Source: a virus
Lineage: Duplodnaviria > Caudoviricetes
Direction: 5' to 3' (one strand)
DNA length: 64,000 nucleotides
IMG/VR virus record: IMGVR_UViG_3300028833_000077
Part shown: in pieces, positions 59,815 to 64,000 of the stretch
How the letters are laid out: each line of letters starts with the position of its first letter
Position numbering within the stretch: the stretch's first letter is position 1
Translations under genes and position numbers: made by a program
The notes under the pieces: generated by a model
What the model was told of the DNA's origin: nothing
The model's input: only the letters and a program-made list of their open reading frames with translations
The model's database searches: none

Positions 59815-60882
59815 ATGGCAACATACGATTTGACATCCAGCATACCAACCAAGATAGCAGCAGGTGACATCCTCAACTGCCCATACTCAGGTACATATAA
59901 GACCGTTACCCTTCCAAAAGGAACCTATAAGCTTGAGTGCTGGGGTGCAGAGGGAGGAAAGGGCCCTGATGGGAGTGGTAATGCCCAAAGTACTTATAAA
60001 GATGGAGGACTTGGTGGTTACTCTGTTGGTACAATAGCTCTTACAGATAGACAAACAACAGTATATTGTTATGTGGGTGGAGCAGGTACAGGTGCTTCTG
60101 GCAAGACAGCTACAGGGTGTGCAGGTGGCTATAACGGAGGGGGGAATGGAGGAAACCTTGCTTATACAAGTTCTGCGACAAATGGAGGTGGCGGAGGAGG
60201 TGCCTCAGATATTAGAATAGAAAATAATGATCTTACTTATAGGGTGATTGTTGCAGGAGGTGGTGGAGGAGCATCTTGGGTGTCTAGCCCCTCATCTCAT
60301 TATGGAGGATATGGTGGAGGTACAACTGGAGGCAATGCTATTAACGCGTCTGGTTCTGCTGTTGTAGCAACAGGAGGAACTCAGACTTCTGGTGGTACTG
60401 GTGGATATATTTCTTCATATAGTGCTGGTAACCCTGGAAGTTTTGGGCAAGGAGGTAATGGTGCTTCCAACTCTTCATCTGCTATCAACTCTGGAGCTGG
60501 AGGTGGAGGAGGCTGGTATGGAGGTGGAGGCGGAGGCCAAATAACCTCTGGAAATCAAGCTCATGCAGGAGGAGGTTCTGGTTATGTCCATGCTGGCACA
60601 AACTCTGCATCTTCTCTTGGTTCTAAGTATATACTTGCCGATGCTTCTACTACAGCAGGAAATGCATCCATGCCTTCCACATCAGGTTCTACTGAGACAG
60701 GCCATTCAGGCAATGGTTATGTGAGGATAACAGTCATCTCTGTAGACTCTGGTCTTCCCATGAAGATGAAGATAGGAGGAGATATAGTGGATGCCTCTTC
60801 AGGATACGTGAAGGTTGGAGGCAGTTGGAAGGAAATTAGCAGCATCCTTGTCAAGAAGGACGGGGAGTGGATTAGTAACTGA
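59815..60882 (+). CDS. Glycine-rich-domain fibre tip protein
   Basis: G.YKLECWGA.GG, GGGGASDIR, VAGGGGG. Confidence 0.75.
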   Translation: MATYDLTSSIPTKIAAGDILNCPYSGTYKTVTLPKGTYKLECWGAEGGKGPDGSGNAQSTYKDGGLGGYSVGTIALTDRQTTVYCYVGGAGTGASGKTATGCAGGYNGGGNGGNLAYTSSATNGGGGGGASDIRIENNDLTYRVIVAGGGGGASWVSSPSSHYGGYGGGTTGGNAINASGSAVVATGGTQTSGGTGGYISSYSAGNPGSFGQGGNGASNSSSAINSGAGGGGGWYGGGGGGQITSGNQAHAGGGSGYVHAGTNSASSLGSKYILADASTTAGNASMPSTSGSTETGHSGNGYVRITVISVDSGLPMKMKIGGDIVDASSGYVKVGGSWKEISSILVKKDGEWISN

Positions 60883-60896
60883 TTAAACATTTGATT

Positions 60897-61274
60897 ATGG
60901 CAAAGACAGTAACATTACAGCATACAGCCAATGACGAGGCACTCTATCCCATCACTCTCCCTGAGAATGTGATAGACTCCAATGGCAACAACATACTTGA
61001 ACTAATGGCTGAAAGGCATGAGTACTATGTGCCTACACTGCTGTCAGTCCCCTCAAGCAGCACTCTCACCTACACCAAGGATGGAGTGGCTGTGGAGTTT
61101 GAGACTGGTGATTTCTGCAGGGTGGCCAGCAACAGTGCATCAGGCTATGACTTCTACCAGCTGCATGGCATTGTGACAAATAATGGTGTGACCACTGCAT
61201 CATGGGTTCTTATTGGAGAGCCTGAGCCTGTGTCTACGGCAGGTTCTGCATGGTCATCATTCAACTTGAGATAA
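60897..61274 (+). CDS. Fibre adaptor sharing modules with 34489.. and 34032..
   Basis: PTL.S.P...TLTY...GD..RV and C-terminal W..FNLR. Confidence 0.65.
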   Translation: MAKTVTLQHTANDEALYPITLPENVIDSNGNNILELMAERHEYYVPTLLSVPSSSTLTYTKDGVAVEFETGDFCRVASNSASGYDFYQLHGIVTNNGVTTASWVLIGEPEPVSTAGSAWSSFNLR

Positions 61275-61292
61275 CTTCAAAGCATATAGGCT

Positions 61293-61955
61293 ATGAGTGT
61301 GATATTCAACCAATTGAGGATTTCTGATGATGGCAAGAGGATGTACATCAATGCACATGTCAATGGTGCAGAGTATTTTGATGACATCTATCTTGACAGG
61401 ATTACCATCATGACTGCCGACAAGGTCTCTGAGACCAATCCCAATATGCCTACGTCACAGTATATCTATACCAAGACCATTGAGGGACTGGAGAAAAGGA
61501 TTGACCTTGTGTTGACGGCTGAGGACTTCATAAAGACCTGGGAGACAGAACCTGATGCCATGAAGTTCAAGGCATCCGACATGTCAACCACACTGTTCTT
61601 CATATATATAAAGGTGAAGGGTACTCCAGACCAGTGCACTCCATGCAGGCTTGACGAGGAAGTGACTGTAGGTGTTACCTTTGATGAGTCACTGCTCTAC
61701 CAGAGGGTCATGGACTACACCAAGTCACTGTCAGACACTTGTCAGGTACCCAATGGGTTCACTGACTTCATCCTCCTTTGGAATGCCTTCAAGGCTTCCA
61801 TAGAGACTGAGCATTTCATCCCTGCCATCAAGTTCTACAACATGCTGTTTGGCAACTATGACGAGAGGTACTCCCGTGATGGCAGCCACAGTCCATTTGG
61901 AGGCATGGGCATGGGAAGGACAAAACCAGCAAAACCCTGCAACTGTCATGGATGA
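61293..61955 (+). CDS. Tail hub-like protein A
   Basis: FN.LRI..DGK, TPC..D, C..P..F.DFIL, C.C end. Confidence 0.65.
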   Translation: MSVIFNQLRISDDGKRMYINAHVNGAEYFDDIYLDRITIMTADKVSETNPNMPTSQYIYTKTIEGLEKRIDLVLTAEDFIKTWETEPDAMKFKASDMSTTLFFIYIKVKGTPDQCTPCRLDEEVTVGVTFDESLLYQRVMDYTKSLSDTCQVPNGFTDFILLWNAFKASIETEHFIPAIKFYNMLFGNYDERYSRDGSHSPFGGMGMGRTKPAKPCNCHG

Positions 61956-62454
61956 GATGATCTTTGAGGGAGTGACCTCCTACTACAATGCCTTGGAGAA
62001 GCTGGGGTATATGAGCTATGGCAATATGCAGAGGCTCCTGATACTCATCTTCTATAGGGACTTTGTGTACAATGACTATAGGGCCAATCTCTCCAAGGAG
62101 GACTACTACACCATCGAGAAGGCCCTTGACTGCCTGTATGGCACAACATGTTTAATACCTTATCCAGATTATTTGAAAATGGGAAAATTACATTTAGGCG
62201 AGGTTACTGAGATAGCAGAGAGGCTCAGGAACATTGAGAACACTGACGTAATGAAGCTGATGGAAGGCACTGAAGGTTGTGGTGACATATCACTGGTGGT
62301 ATGTGGTGACGAGCCTGAGGAGAAGCCTGAGCACCATCACCACCATCATCATGAGCCATTATGGCCAGAGCCATATCCTGACTTTCCTGAGGAGCCATGC
62401 AGGCCAGTACCACCCAAGCCGAAGAAGAAGAGAAAGAAGCATGTCTGTAAGTAG
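61948..62454 (+). CDS. Tail hub-like protein B with His/Pro/Lys-rich tail
   Basis: Y..L...GY, AL.CLYG..CLIPYP; H7 run. Confidence 0.65.
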   Translation: MDEMIFEGVTSYYNALEKLGYMSYGNMQRLLILIFYRDFVYNDYRANLSKEDYYTIEKALDCLYGTTCLIPYPDYLKMGKLHLGEVTEIAERLRNIENTDVMKLMEGTEGCGDISLVVCGDEPEEKPEHHHHHHHEPLWPEPYPDFPEEPCRPVPPKPKKKRKKHVCK

Positions 62455-62552
62455 GCATGATAAAGGATTTACTTAATCGAGTAAACAGTTTCATTAATCT
62501 GGCTCAGAGGAAGGCAGGAATGTCGTACCTTTGAGCCATAATTCAATCAGGT

Positions 62553-63263
62553 ATGACAGCAAGGGAAATCGTTTATAGTATCCTAAATTTATCCAAGGTA
62601 TCTTCCAGTGATGACAGCTGGGTGACGGAGGACTTGGTGTTCTTTCTCTGCAAGAAGTACCGCAGCTTCCTCATCAAGAAGGAGAAGGATAAGGAGAAGG
62701 CACAGTCTGAGTCTGTGGAAACATCTGAGTATCAGCAGATTTGCCTTGACTTGGAGAAGGTTCCTGCCATTGATGGAGACCCTTGTACTGGAGGATATTA
62801 CCTCAGGAGTGTACAAGAAGTCCCTTCCATCCTTGAGGGCACTGCACCCCAGGTATACCCGGCAGACTTCTACCAAGGCATCAACATATCATTCGTACCC
62901 AAGGAGAGGATGAGGTTCGTAGGTACTAACAAGTTCCTTCAGAACATCATATATGTTTCACTTGGAGCAGATAAGCACATCTATCTTAACAGCAGCAATC
63001 CCCAGTTCTTCTATCTGAGGCAGCTAAGGATGAATGCAGCCTTTGAGGACATTGAGAAGGCAGCAGACCTCTTGTGCGATGATGAGTGCAACTGTACTGC
63101 ATGTGACTGGATGGACATGGAGTTCCCCATGAGGGAGCACCTTGTTCCTGTCATGATAGAACTGGTGGTCAAGGATTTACTTGGGGTAAAATATCAAGCA
63201 ATTGATTACAAGAATTCGGCAAGTGATGACTTGTCCCAGCATCAGCCAACTAAGGAGGGTTAA
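62553..63263 (+). CDS. Ring protein
   Basis: T..EIVY..L...SDD, YQ.ICL.LE, D..FP. Confidence 0.7.
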   Translation: MTAREIVYSILNLSKVSSSDDSWVTEDLVFFLCKKYRSFLIKKEKDKEKAQSESVETSEYQQICLDLEKVPAIDGDPCTGGYYLRSVQEVPSILEGTAPQVYPADFYQGINISFVPKERMRFVGTNKFLQNIIYVSLGADKHIYLNSSNPQFFYLRQLRMNAAFEDIEKAADLLCDDECNCTACDWMDMEFPMREHLVPVMIELVVKDLLGVKYQAIDYKNSASDDLSQHQPTKEG

Positions 63264-63265
63264 TC

Positions 63266-63811
63266 ATGGAGCAGACATTTGAGGAATTCAGGAACAGTAT
63301 CGTCAACCACAAGAAGAGGAAGTTTCAAATCACCAACTCCATCGGTGTATATGACACGTATAAGATGATGAGGAAGGCTGGCTGGCTCAGTATAGGAAGA
63401 CCTGTCAAGGAGAAGGAGTTCTATGCCATCATCAGAGGCATCAACAACTACCTTGCAGATGAGTTGGCCATGGGTAGGGAGCTGGTGTTCCCAGCCAATA
63501 TGGGAAGGTTGGAACTCAGGAAGTCCGAGGTGGGTGTAAGCATTGTCAAGGATAAGCTGAAGATTACATATCCTGTAGACTGGAAGGAAACCTACAAGCT
63601 GTGGTATGAGGATCCTGAGGCCATGCGTGACAAGGTGCTCATGAGGAGGGAGTCTCCTTATATCTACAAGATAAGGTATGACTCCTATGATGCCACCTTT
63701 GAGAACAAGTGCTTTTACCAGTTCAAGGTGAACTCCTTCGTCAAGAAGGCTCTATCGGACAATATCAAGGCAGGCAAGGTTGATACACCTTGGTTTACAC
63801 CATTAAGATGA
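63266..63811 (+). CDS. IHF-like crAss protein
   Basis: F..IIR.IN...P..MG..E.RK, VDW..T..LW. Confidence 0.7.
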   Translation: MEQTFEEFRNSIVNHKKRKFQITNSIGVYDTYKMMRKAGWLSIGRPVKEKEFYAIIRGINNYLADELAMGRELVFPANMGRLELRKSEVGVSIVKDKLKITYPVDWKETYKLWYEDPEAMRDKVLMRRESPYIYKIRYDSYDATFENKCFYQFKVNSFVKKALSDNIKAGKVDTPWFTPLR

Positions 63812-63818
63812 TAAGACT

Positions 63819-64000
63819 ATGGTAACTGAGATACAATACACAAGTATAAAGAGAGTGCTGGATGACCTGTTGGAGCATCCATTGCTTTCAGACCTGACAC
63901 TGGAGCAGGCAGTCAGACATACATTGAGGTTCCTCTCACTGCACGGCTATCCTGAGTTCTACAAGGACAACACGGCTGATGTGGAGATACATGACTTCAG
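63819..64000 (+). CDS. Ring protein, 5' part (truncated by the window)
   Basis: MVTEIQYTSIKRVLDDLLEHPLLSDLTLE. Confidence 0.65.
   Translation, partial: MVTEIQYTSIKRVLDDLLEHPLLSDLTLEQAVRHTLRFLSLHGYPEFYKDNTADVEIHDF

Noticed and set aside
1-64000. Genome-wide TAG-to-Gln recoding
   Set aside because: Long genes have no internal TAG, and many genes end in TAG immediately before the next start or a terminator (26969, 27375, 38928, 52727, 58941)

Overview
A 64-kb segment of a crAss-like (Crassvirales-type) phage of Bacteroidales, host probably Prevotella-like. Bacteroidetes TAnnTTTG promoters occur throughout. 1-12.5 kb holds small, mostly minus-strand early-type ORFs, and 12.5-13.1 kb is a repeat-rich strand switch. 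13-30 kb holds a 1272-aa lysozyme-containing multidomain protein, lysis genes, a BspA-type LRR fibre, and a tyrosine integrase next to tRNA-Glu(CTC) with a candidate attP. 30-64 kb is the virion module: portal, a complete DGR, an uncharacterised ~12-gene cassette, an intein-containing terminase, a major capsid gene split by a group I intron, ring/hub proteins and fibres. The least explained signals are: (i) several non-coding units whose sequence is the reverse complement of Bacteroidetes-style translation-start regions (candidate anti-start-codon sRNAs); (ii) a fixed-spacing upstream promoter element replacing the host -33 box; (iii) an integrase with a candidate attP in a crAss-like genome; (iv) the 39-44.7 kb cassette with its own promoter class. 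All family assignments come from motif recognition by eye; no database searches were run.
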